NCBI RefSeq assembly: GCF_039654945.1
Contig: NW_027361878.1
Coordinates: 23,002,001 to 23,066,000 of the forward strand
Direction of reading: 5' to 3'
Source: Dendrobates tinctorius
Taxonomy: Eukaryota
DNA length: 64,000 nucleotides
The notes under the pieces were generated by a model that saw only the letters and a program-made list of their open reading frames with translations, was not told the origin of the DNA and searched no databases. Position numbers and translations under genes: made by a program. The stretch's first letter is position 1. Each line of letters begins with the position of its first letter. Below, piece by piece: positions 38,649-50,634 of this stretch.

Positions 38649-40740
38649 CAGGGCCGCCATCAGGGCATTACTGCCCTGACTGGCGTATGGGGCCCGGTGG
38701 GCAGAGGGGGCCCACATCGGGCCCCATCTCATCTGCTCACCGGGCCCCTACCAGCAGGCTAAACCGACCTGCCGGCCCGCACGTCAATAGTTAACAGCCG
38801 CCAGCCAATCAGAGGCTGGCAGCTGACGTCAGCCACAGCGTGCACGACGCCGGCGTCTGATGTCACTGTCAGTCGCCAGCGAGTGCGCGCTTCAGTTATT
38901 TTTTTTATTTTTATTGAAAGCGGCGATCCGGGGGGCCCAGGGCAGACTGTGACAAGGGGGCAGAATGCAAGACATGGGGGTAGAATGCAAGACACGGGGG
39001 GCAGAATGCAGATATGGGGGCAGAATGCTGGACATTGGGGCAGACTGTGACACAGGGGCAGAATGCAGACATAGGGGCAGAATGTCGACATGGGGGAAGA
39101 TTGCTGGACATGGGGGCAGATTGCTGGACTAAGGGGCAGATTGCTGGACATGGGGCAGAATGCTGGACATGGGGGCAGAATGCAGACATGATGGGGCCGA
39201 ATGCAGACATGGGGGCAGATTGCAAGACATGATGGGGCAGATTTCAAGACATGGGGCAGAATGCAGACAGGATGGGGGCAGAATGCAAGACATGATGGGG
39301 TAGAATGCAAGACATGATGGGGGCAGAATGCAAGACATGATGGGGGCAGAATGCAAGACATGATGGGGCAGAATGCAAGACATGATGGGGGCAGAATGCA
39401 AGACATGATGGGGGCAGAATGTGACAGTGAGACACAGGAGGGGGCAGAATGTGAGACACAGGAGGGGCAGAATGTGAGGCACGGGGGGAGAATGTGACAG
39501 TAAGACACAGGAGGGGCAGAATGTGAGACACAGGAGGGGGCGGGATGGGAGACACATGGTGCAGGATCATGGGGCAGGATGGATACGATGGAGACAGATG
39601 AGGAGATCATATGGGGCACAATGGATACTCATGAGGGCGGGAATGGGAGAACATATTGCTGAAGCCAGGAATGAGACACATGGGGGTCAGGGTGGGGGAT
39701 ATTATTACCATGGCGCTAATTAAGGGATATTTTTACTGCAGTGATGTATTTATTTTATATTTTGAGGATACTGTTTTAAATGGGGGGTCGGTCCTGTTAC
39801 TGTGCAGAGCGACACTATGTCGCCTTTTTTTCTTCATGTGGTGTAATGTAGAAGTTGGGAAAAAAATAAGTAATGTGTTCTGCAAGCGGAGCTCTATATA
39901 ACTGTGTTATTTCCTGCAGAGACGAGTCCTGGCTGGAAGAAGTGATGGCGATCTGTGCTGGATGAAAGATGAAAAGCAAGGATGAAGGACTTCACCTAGA
40001 GACATCACTGGTGAGTTAGTGTTTTACCTATGCACTGACCCTATACACTGAATACTATATACAGAGGTCCTGTGTATAATGTCACCAGTAATCACTGTAT
40101 TACCTGTTCATTATATACAGAGCTCCTGTGTATAATGTCATTGACCACTGTATTACCTGTACACAGACACTGCATACTAAGTACAGATCTCCTGTGTATA
40201 ATGCTACTTATGGTGATAATATTATGTTTTTTTATTACTGATCAGCATTGTAGTATTCAGTCACTATGTGGTGATAATATGTGGTCTGGACATGGTGTGC
40301 GGTATTTGTTCCTTGTATGTGGTATTATAGGTCACTATGTGGTGGTAATATGTGGTTTGGACATGGTGCGGTGGTATTTGTCCCTTGTATGTGATATTAT
40401 TGGTCATTTTAAAGATTGAAAATAAATAAAAATATACCTAATTTGTATTGCATATTTTAACACGTATTTAATAGGTTAAACTAGAGTAGAGCTCAGAGAA
40501 AAATGTCTACAGTGTTGTGATGGCGGCATAGAAAATCTTTTGGCAAAAACAAGAGCTGCCGGCTATATGTGTGATCTGGTGATGGGAACTGTTAATGTGT
40601 GATTGGTGAGAAGTGGAGTTTTTCCAAGAGAGAGCGGTGGAACTGTGGACAATTTGAGGGGTGGAGCCTGGGCAGAGTCTAAAGGTGGCCCCAAAAATTT
40701 TGCCAGTATGGGCCCTGAAACTCCTAGTGCCCTGGCCCTG
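38649..40740. mobile_element. Non-autonomous hAT element with an internal ~19-24-bp minisatellite (~38940-39540)
   Basis: Termini cagggcc / ggccctg; 8-bp TSD atcacctg/aacacctg; repeat ggggcagaatgcaagacatgat. Confidence 0.8.
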
Positions 40741-41664
40741 AACACCTGACACCATCAATGTAACATTGTTTTCTCTTTGGCTATGAAAACCATTAGAGCT
40801 CATACTCACTTGCGAGAGACTCGCACTATTCTCGTGCGAGTCTCTCGCATGAAAACCTGGCACTGCCGCCAGCACTCGGACCGGACCGGAGAGTGCAGCT
40901 GCATAGAAATACATGTAGCCGCACGCTCCGGTCCGAGCGCCAACGGCAGTGCCAGGTTTTCATGCGAGAGACTCTACATGAACAGAATGTTAAAGGGGGT
41001 TGTACGGACAGAGGATATTGATACACAAATCAGTATCAGATCAGTGGGGGTCCGACACCTGGTATCCGGACCCCCCTTATCAACTGCTTTTGGCTCAGGA
41101 GGCCTTCGGATGTTAATACATGAACCAGAGCTGCAAAACGCATCTCCACTCTCTGTGTAGCACTCGCTGCTGGGTACTTCAGAACAACTCCTGCAAAAAG
41201 CAGCTAGGTGGGTGCAATGGGTGTTCAACCCTTAACAATCCGATATTGATGATGTATCCTATGGATAAGGCCCCAGAGAGAATCAACACATGGTTACTGG
41301 CTTGTACTGCTTCTAGTACTGTGCATGGCCCGACGATCCTGTCTCTTCTTCACACATCAGGTTGTCGCTACAACCAGAGCACTCTGATGTCATCTACACC
41401 CGGCACAGGCAGCAGAGTGCCCCCTGTGTATTCAGGTAGTTGGTGTTCCTGCTGCTCCACTAAACCACTACCACAAACTCGACTGTACTATACTAGTCAT
41501 CCTGGTTTCAGCACTGCAACATTGAGCCTCCTTGTCTAGCTGTACTGTTATGTGGATGCAGATGTGCTACATCAAGTGCCAATCTAAAACTCTACTGCTC
41601 AAGAGCTCAGACACTGCTGCTCTACTACTTCACAAATCTATCTCTGTTCTCTGTTATCGTAGTC

Positions 41665-42640
41665 ATTGCTGATCCAGCTCTGCAACACCAGTCACCTCTG
41701 ATCCAGCTCTGCTATACCAGCTATCCCTGATCCAGCTATGCTACACCGGTCCACGCTGATCCAGCTCTGCTACACCGGTCCATGCTGATCCAGCTCTGCT
41801 ACACCGGTCCACACTGATCCAGCTTTGTTACACCAGTCATCACTTATCCAGCTCTGCTACACCGGTCCACAATGATCCAGCATTGTTACACCAGTCATCA
41901 CTGACCGACCTCTGCTACACCGGTCCACACTGATCCAGCTTTGTTACACCAGTCATCACTGATCCAGCTCTGCTACACCGGTCCACAATGATCCAGCTTT
42001 GTTACACCAGTCATCACTGATCCAGCTCTGCAACACCGGTCCACACTGATCCAGCTTTGTTACACCAGTCATCACTGATCCAGCTCTGCTACACCGGTCC
42101 ACAATGATCCAGCTTTGTTAAACCAGTCATCACTGATCCAGCTCTGCTACACCGGTCCACAATGATCCAGCTTTGTTACACCAGTCATCACTGATCCAGC
42201 TCTGCTACACCAGTCACCCCTGATCCAACTGTGCTACACCGGTCCACGCTGATTCAGCTCTGCTACACCAGTTCATGCTGATCCAGCTCTGCTACACCAG
42301 TCATTGCTGATTCAGCTCTGCTACACCAGTCATTCCCGATCCAGCTTTGCTACACTTGTCCACGCTGAACCTGCTCTGCTACACCAGTCATGGTTGATCC
42401 AGCTCTGGTAAACCATTCATTGCTGTTCCAGCTTTGATATACCAGTCCATGCTGATCCAGCTGTGCTACACCGGTCCACACTGATCTAGCTCTGCTAGAT
42501 CTGTCCACGTTGATCCTGTTCTGCTACACCGGTCCATGCTGATCCACCTCCTCTACACTGGTCCACACTGATTTAACACTGTTACACTAGTCATTGATGA
42601 TCCAGCTCTGCTACACCAGCCATCTCTAATTCAGCTCTCC
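41665..42640. repeat. 29-bp minisatellite with a 58-bp higher-order alternation in its core
   Basis: ctgatccagctctgctacaccggtccaca alternates with (c/a)tgatccagctttgttacaccagtcatca. Confidence 0.9.
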
Positions 42641-42937
42641 TACTTCCGTTTGGCATGGAAATAGAATATTCTGCAGAATACTACGTCAATATTATTTTGA
42701 GATCTTGACTTTGTAAAAGATTAGATGTCGTTTTGATGTAATTTTTACTGCGCCTGAAATGGAAATTCATTTATTATTGTTATAATTAATTTATTAACAA
42801 CCATCAACAACAATAATTATACACGATGATGATGATGATGATGATTATGGTAATAATGTTTCCTATTGCTCTTTGTCCTTTCTCTGGTGGCTTGTGCACT
42901 CCAAATCATTATTGGTTGTAAGACTTTAAAAAAATCC

Positions 42938-43230
42938 ATCTATTGTATCATCTATCTATCTGTGTATCTATCTATCTATTATTGATCTAGTATCTATCTT
43001 CTATCTATTATCTATCTATTATCTAATTATATTTTAATTGTCTATCTATCTATTATCTATCTTCTATCTATTATCTATCTATCTATCATATATCTTATCT
43101 AATTATCTTTCAATTGTCTATCTACCTACTGTATCTATTATCTATCATCTATCTCTCTATCTATCTATTATCTATCTATCTATTATCTGTCCCATATCTA
43201 TCTATCTATCCTCTGTTATCTATCATCTAT
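42938..43230. repeat. Degenerate (TATC)n/GATA microsatellite (also 44745-44931 and 46247-46295)
   Basis: tatctatctatc runs. Confidence 0.9.
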
Positions 43231-43812
43231 TAGTACATGTGTAAATATCAGGATATTTAGGTATAAGTGTATTACCTGTCCCTAGACACTGTCTGATGAT
43301 AATATGGCTATTGATTGCTATTGACTATGATCATGTATCTGGAAATGCTGATAGGGCAGGGAATGGTTTAACCCTTTAATTGCCGCGCCCCAGCATAGGA
43401 CAGCGGGCATAACTGATGCTGGGTAGCCTTCTCTTTCCTGTGGGATGGGAGTAGATTTTGGGAAGTGCTGATCTTGGTGATGTTGGCCCCACATTCTCCT
43501 CTTTGATTTCATTTTGGATGGCAGAAGAGCAGATCTGTATAAAGTCTTGGGAAATTGAGAGAAAAGAGATGCGGCCATGTAGGCAGAACAGAGTTCAGCA
43601 AAAGTGAGGTTAATGCAGTGTATGGAGCGCTGACAGGAAAGGGGATAAGTGAAGGTTTCTATGTAGTAGACAGATCTATCAGGAATGGAGTGAAGCTCTG
43701 CGGAGGCAGGAGAGGGGTTAAGGCTGCTCTCAGCACAATGATATTATATATTTGCTTTGTGTCAGTCTGTCTGTGCAGAACCTATGACAGAGAACAGTGC
43801 ATCCCAGAGAGT

Positions 43813-43906
43813 GCAGAGCCTGAGGAGGACTGCAGAGCCCAGCAGAGCCTGAGGAGGACTGCAGAGCCCAGCAGAGCCTGAGGAGGACTGCAGAGCCCAG
43901 CAGAGC
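43813..43906. repeat. 29-bp tandem repeat, 3 copies
   Basis: Unit gcagagcctgaggaggactgcagagccca. Confidence 0.9.
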
Positions 43907-44360
43907 AAGTGAGAGCCTGAAACTCACCTCTCCTCTCCTTCCACCACCTCTCCCCACTCTGATTGATTGACTTTCTCGCTGACTTTCTTTCCCAACATTT
44001 CCCTCTATTTTTCCTTATTGAACCTAGATGTAGCAGAGCTGAATTATTGAGATGAGGCAGATGAATTGCCCCCAAAATATTTGGCACTGGAAAAACTTTA
44101 ATAATAGTCATGTAGAGATGATTCATACAATCATCATCCCATGTAAAATGACATTCAGGTTACCAATTTACATTATCTCAAAGTGTTATCGCAAAGTAGC
44201 CCCAAACAGTTCTATGGTAGATCCAGCACTGCTACATCTGGGTATGTCATCCGGCAATTATCTCTGAAGGTGCCATCCTTCATGGTGACAAGTAACGCTG
44301 ATGTATCATTAGCTTCTCTCTTCTTTTTTTAGTGGATAATCATGTCATAACTTAAAAATG

Positions 44361-44559
44361 NNNNNNNNNNNNNNNNNNNNNNNNNNNNNNNNNNNNNNNN
44401 NNNNNNNNNNNNNNNNNNNNNNNNNNNNNNNNNNNNNNNNNNNNNNNNNNNNNNNNNNNNNNNNNNNNNNNNNNNNNNNNNNNNNNNNNNNNNNNNNNNN
44501 NNNNNNNNNNNNNNNNNNNNNNNNNNNNNNNNNNNNNNNNNNNNNNNNNNNNNNNNNNN
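44361..44559. other. Assembly gap (N run)
   Basis: ~200 N. Confidence 1.
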
Positions 44560-44934
44560 ATATATGCACACACAGAAAGCAAATATAGAGCCAGCACTCA
44601 AGGAGAACACTTTTTTTTCCACTTGTACCCTTTGAACGTTGCCAAGATTTTTTACTTTTTTCTACATCCAGAAGACTTTTGTCAGTTCTGCTCTAGGAGG
44701 AATTGCACCACGGACTGAAGATGGTATTGCTATTTTTATGTTTTCTATCTATTATCTATTTGTATATCTTCCTATCTATAGATCTATCCATGTATCTATC
44801 TATCTATCTATTTATCTATCATTTATCTATATAAAAATTAATCTATCTATCTATAGATCCATCTATCATCTATCAGTCTGTCTATCTATTATGTATCTAT
44901 CTATCTATCTATCTATCTATCTGTCTATCTATTA

Positions 44935-46246
44935 CACAGGTCAACGAAAAAAAAATTTTTTTCTGGTGTCCAAAATATTTTAATGAATTTGGGGTATTTT
45001 TGGGGTGCTGATTCTGAATATGTCATCAGTTTTGCCAGATTGGCTCAAGTTTTTGAGATTTTTGGTATCTTATTTATAGCACTTGTTGGTAAATGCGACG
45101 CATCATCTCATTAATTTCTTTGGATTAGTACTTGAACTGAGCAGTTCTCAATATAGTTTTGTGTTAATTAGTGTTCTAAAAGTTTGTTCATAGCTTGATT
45201 TTTGCACTAACTTTATGTTGTTGTCTGTTTTCCAGTGAAAAGCATGAACTCATCATGAAGAAGTTGTCTTAACGATCCAGACTCATTCTGTTACATTTGT
45301 GGTGAATATACACTGCCAAAACATAGAAGAAACATAACACACTTCGTAAAAAAAGTGTATTTTGCCTATTTTGGGGTTATGCTTGGGGACCAAGACAAGT
45401 TTTGGGCACCACACATAGTGTGCAAAGCATGTATCGAATTATTACGAAAATGGAGCAAAGGACAAAGAAAAAGCTTCAAATTTGGTGTTCCAATGGTGTG
45501 GAGAGAGCCAAAAAATCATCATGATGACTGTTATTTCTGTGCAGTGCAAGTGCAAGGATTCAATAAGCATAAGAAACGAAAATGGGAGTAACATGGAATC
45601 TGCAAGAAGGCCTGTCCCTCATTGTGAAGATGTGCCTGTACCTGTGTTTACCATAAATAACAGTCATCATGATGATTTTTTGGCTCTCTCCACACCATTG
45701 GAACACCAAATTTGAAGCTTTTTCTTTGTCCTTTGCTCCATTTTCGTAATAATTCGATACATGCTTTGCACACTATGTGTGGTGCCCAAAACTTGTCTTG
45801 GTCCCCAAGCATAACCCCAAAATAGGCAAAATACACTTTTTTTACGAAGTGTGTTATGTTTCTTCTATGTTTTGGCAGTGTATATTCACCACAAATGTAA
45901 CAGAATGAGTCTGGATCGTTAAGACAACTTCTTCATGATGAGTTCATGCTTTTCACTGGAAAACAGACAACAACATAAAGTTAGTGCAAAAATCAAGCTA
46001 TGAACAAACTTTTAGAACACTAATTAACACAAAACTATATTGAGAACTGCTCAGTTCAAGTACTAATCCAAAGAAATTAATGAGATGATGCGTCGCATTT
46101 ACCAACAAGTGCTATAAATAAGATACCAAAAATCTCAAAAACTTGAGCCAATCTGGCAAAACTGATGACATATTCAGAATCAGCACCCCAAAAATACCCT
46201 AAATTCGATGAAATATCTTTGGCACCAAAAATGCTGTTGACCAGTG
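44935..46246. mobile_element. Fold-back (palindromic) Chapaev3-like (CMC superfamily) DNA transposon derivative
   Basis: CAC...GTG termini (cacaggtcaac / gttgaccagtg), TTA TSD; both arms encode a Cys/His-rich transposase N-terminus CLNDPDSFCYICG..DQDKFWAPHIVCKAC..WREPKNHHDDCYF; arms 44992-45536 and 45655-46199. Confidence 0.8.
45244..45650 (+). pseudogene. Truncated transposase N-terminal zinc-finger (Chapa-like) domain
   Basis: ATG at 45244, premature TGA at codon 5, then ..SCLNDPDSFCYICGEY..DCYFC..KRKWE, frameshift to ESARRPVPHCEDVPVPVF. Confidence 0.75.
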
Positions 46247-47311
46247 TTATCTATCTATCTATCCATCGATCCATCCATCCATCTATCTATCTCTATATTT
46301 TGTGTATCTGCCAGTGACTCCCAAACTTATCACTGCAGGGAACCCCTGAAAATGTTTCCACTCTGGGACTGCTGGGGAACTCCTAATCCGCAATATTGGG
46401 CTCATTCTTGCCCATTGCTATGTTTCCAGACTACCTTATGTTTATATTTTGACGTATCTTTATGTTTGCAATTCCTATTGTAAAAGTGACCGGTTTGTGT
46501 TGCTGGGTTCTTGGTGACCCCAGATTAGGGCTCTAGGGGTTCCTAGTTGGGGAAACACTGATATCTGATGTGGATAATTTGCTTACACAAACAAAAAGTG
46601 GTGCCGATCGACCATAAGGTGTGGTCGACCTAGCGTCGCTTTTCCCTTTAGCATACAGTGATTCAGCCCGGTTTATTACGAAGCCTACCACACATTTGTC
46701 GTGATTCATCATTCTCTTTGCACCTTGAATAAAAGTTGTTATTTTTTACATTTATTATATCTTTTGTACCAAATTTATATAATTTCTTAGGTGTATTGGA
46801 CAATTTGGGTGTGGTTTTTATTATAAAGATGTTTAGGGCTAATTTATCATTTGAGACTTTTCAAAGCACCAGCAATGTTTCCACAGCTGCCCAGCAGTGC
46901 CCCCCTGGAATACAAGACTTTATGTGGGGTGGGAGAATATAGTTGAAGACTAACTTGAAAATGTTTAAGGTTAAATTCCCACGATAAGCTTTTCATTGAG
47001 TTTTTAATGTTGCAGATTTTCTGCACCATTTCTGCCCCCTTTTAGTAAAATAGGTTAATGGAATTTTTTTTTTCAAAAATACAAAGCGTAAAAAAAAAAA
47101 TCACAGAAAGAGTAATGAGCTATATAGATCACACTGCTATTATCCTGCAGGGATAAATCACGCACAGCATATTTAAATATACACCTTAGTGGCAAATATA
47201 TGGTTATTATGATCCTCCTGACTCCATTAGCGTATGCTCCCACAGACCGTCAGTACTGCAGATCTCCCGCAGTGATACCTGTAGTGACTTTTTTCCACTG
47301 CGGATCTCATT

Positions 47312-50300
47312 TGTCATGATCCAAGGTGGATCTGACAAGTAAATGGACAAAGTGAACTTTTTTCCCTTTGGCTTGGTGCCAAAGTGGGTTGATTGCCCCT
47401 GGTGGCCATTAGAATTAGTACACGTGGTGTCGCTCCTTCTAAGTTGCCCCGGTGGTGGTGAGCGGTAGTGCACTTTAGTTTCTTTGGTTTAATGTGCACT
47501 TAATTATAAATCAGGTGTGAGGCTCTATAAAAGAGAGCCAGGTGTGTTCAATGATTTTTGGTGATATTGTGAGTTAGTCATTCTCAAGGAAGCCTTGGTG
47601 AAAGAAGGAGCTGAATGAGAGTCCTGGGCAGCCCAGCCAGAGGGGACGAGTGGCAGCTATGGAGTCTGCATGGAGGGCTGGCATGGTGTGGTGGAGTCGC
47701 AGTTTATGGTGTCAGCAGGAGGTGCTTGCATGGCTTGGTGGAGTGGCAACGATGGTGAGAGTTGCACTCAGCATGCTGGACTTGGTTGCTGAAAACTGGA
47801 CTCACGCATGCTGGACTTTTTGGCAGAAGCTGGACTCATCTTTGGGACTCTGTTTACTGGGCAGCTGCAACTGGTGGTGGACTCTGCTCCAAGGCTGCAC
47901 TATGGTGATGGATCCGGTTATGGTGATAGATCTGGGTGGAGGAGAAGATGCACACAGGTGGTGGGCTCTGTTGCTAGGAGCGTACGCAACAGAGCAAAGC
48001 TAAGTGGTGTTCCCCCTGTATTGTCATTTTCCCTTGTGTGTGTTTAGTGCAGTGGTGGGATTAGTTTCCGCACCGACCAATTCCCTAGTGAGGGTTTAGG
48101 GTCAAGGCGAGTCAGGGTTTTAAGGTTCCTGTGCGTCGCCCGGTGCAGAAGCGGCATAGGGAACATTAGGAGTGCAGGGATTCTGGCTCAGGGGAGTGCA
48201 GGAGGTCTCCACTTCCCTATTCCCTATTGCAGGGCCTACCATTGTTAATGTTACCCAGGTTCCCCTTTATTATTTAAATTCGCCTTACTGGAAGCGGGGT
48301 TTCCAGACTATTGTATAAATACGTGTAATACCTAAATTCGCCAGTTGGAGGCGGTGTATCTAGCTGCACGTCTTATTATTTAAATTTGCCCAACTGGAGG
48401 CGGTGTATTCAGGGTCACGTGTGTCATATGGGTTCGCCTTGTGGTACTCGCTGCGTCCAGACACACATGACTGTGACATTATCACCAACCCTACTTTTTT
48501 TTTTCTGGTTAGCCTTGGCCATGTGGAGACCACTGAGTAATTGCTGCCGGGCCTCACTGAGGTGAGTGAGGAGCGACATGGTGTGTTAGAGCCGCTGCAG
48601 CAGTATTTATCAGGGTCTGGGGCCTTCCCTTTGGCTTCAACCAGAAAATCAAATGGCGGCTGTGGTCTGGCAAAAAGCCCCTAGTGTCGCTGCTGGGGAG
48701 CAGGACTTGCTCATGCATGCGGAGGTACCCAGGCAGGTGGGAAGAGTTGGTGCCCCACGGAGCTGCCTGGTATTCCCCGAGGTGAAGGGGTACATCCCTG
48801 TGGTGAGCAGACTGGTGTATAGTCCGCGGGGCTCACGCCAAATCTTCCATACCATAGAAGAGGCCGCCCCCTCCTGGTCGTGTGGCGGCAACCAGAGAGT
48901 GTATTTTTCCTCCATATTCCTGTCCCCTTCTCCTCCAGGTGTGAGCCGCAGGTGTGCTGCGGAGGAGTAGGGACAAATCTCACCCCTCGCCATTATCAAC
49001 CCTGGGAGGCGCAGACCTCATGGTGAAAGGGTTGGAGGGTGGTGTCCCTTGGTGAATAGCGGGTGTGTGAGTGTGGTGACACAGGGGGACGCCTCTGTTG
49101 TTGAGTCCAGAATGAGTTCACCAAAATATGACAAACGAATGTGTGGCAATAAACGTTCAGGTCCGGACCTGTGTGTGAACGAGCATGTATGGGTGGCCAC
49201 CAAAAAACATCTTGTGGAAGTGTGTTGTGGAGTCTGATCAGCTCATAGCAAACATACACATACATAAACTTATTCCACAGGTTGGCGCTGTGGAGATGAG
49301 TGGTGCCTCCAGAACATGTATTGCCAATACCAGCTGTGCGTTTGTCATAAACCTGAAGTTTCAGGTGGTGGTGGGGTGAACCCAGGATCTGGGCGTCCCC
49401 GTTGTAGGTGTTTCCCTTATGAGGAGTAGTCTTGAGGGTCCAGAGGCCCCTCATTAAGGAAGGGGTACTGTCATGATCCAAGGTGGATCTGACAAGTAAA
49501 TGGACAAAGTAAACTTTTTTTTCCTTTGGCTTGGTGCCAAAGTGGGTTGATTGCCCCCGGTGGCCATTAGAATTATTACACGCGGTGTCGTTCATTCTAA
49601 GATGCCCCGGTGGTGGTGAGCGGTAGTGCACTTTAGTTTCTTTGGTTTAATGTGCACTTAATTATAAATCAGGTGTGAGGCTCTATATAAGAGAGCCAGG
49701 TGTGTTCAATGATTTTTGGTGATATTGTGAGTTAGTCATTCTCAAGGAAGCCTGGGTGAAAGAAGGAGCTGAATGAGAGTCCTGGGCAGCCCAGCCAGAG
49801 GGGTTGAGTCAGCTATGGAGTCTGCATGGAGGGCTGGCATGGCGTGGTGGAGTCGCAGTTTATGGTGTCAGCAGGAGGTGCTTGCATGGCTTGGTGGAGT
49901 GGCGACGATGGTGAGAGTTGCACTCAGCATGCTAGACTTGGTTGCTGAAAACTGGACTCAAGCATGCTGGACTTTTTGGCAGAAGCTGGACTCATCTTTG
50001 GGACTCTGTTTACTGGGCAGCTGCAACTGGTGGTGGACTCTGCTCCAAGGCTGCACTATGGTGATGGATCCAGTTATGGTGATGGATCCAGGTGGAGGAG
50101 AAGATGCACGCAGGTGGTGGGCTCTGTTGCTAGGAGTGTACGCAACAGAGCAAAGCTAAGTGGTGTTCCCCCTGTATTGTCATTTTCCCTTGTGTGTGTT
50201 TAGTGCAGTGGTGGGATTAGTTTCCGCACCAACCAATTCCCTAGAGAGGGTTTAGCGTCAGGGCGAGTCGGGGTTTTAAGATTCCTGTGCGTCGCCCGGT

Positions 50301-50634
50301 ACGGAACGGGCATAGGGAACGTTAGGAGTGCAGGGACTCTGGCTCAGGGGAGTGCAGGAGGTCTCCACGTCCCTATTCCCTATTGCAGGGCCCACCATTG
50401 TTAATGTTACCCAGGTTCCCCTTTATTATTTACATTTGCCTTACTGGAAGCGGGGTTTCCAGACTATTGTATAAATACGTGTAATACCTAAATTCGCCAG
50501 TTGGAGGCGGTGTATCCAGCTGCACGTCTTATTATTTAAATTCGCCCAACTGGAGGCGGTGTATCCAGGGTCACGTGTGTCATATGGGTTCGCCTTGCAG
50601 TACTCGCTGCGTCCAGACACACGTGACCATGACA
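47312..50634 (+). mobile_element. Non-autonomous LTR retroelement: LTRs 47312-48478 and 49469-50634, ~1-kb internal region without a recognisable gag/pol ORF
   Basis: TGTCA...TGACA on both LTRs, 5-bp TSD tcatt, PPT aaggaagggg just before the 3' LTR, TATA box at 47526. Confidence 0.92.

Noticed and set aside
38759-39619. Cys/Pro/His-rich ORFs (286 aa and others), and similar ORFs at 19942-20670
   Set aside because: Translations of minisatellites inside hAT elements.
44329-44622. ORFs spanning the N run
   Set aside because: Artefacts of the assembly gap.
47650-50159. Duplicated 117/128-aa Trp-rich ORFs as a paralogous gene pair
   Set aside because: They are the same position in the two LTRs of one element and have no recognisable domain.
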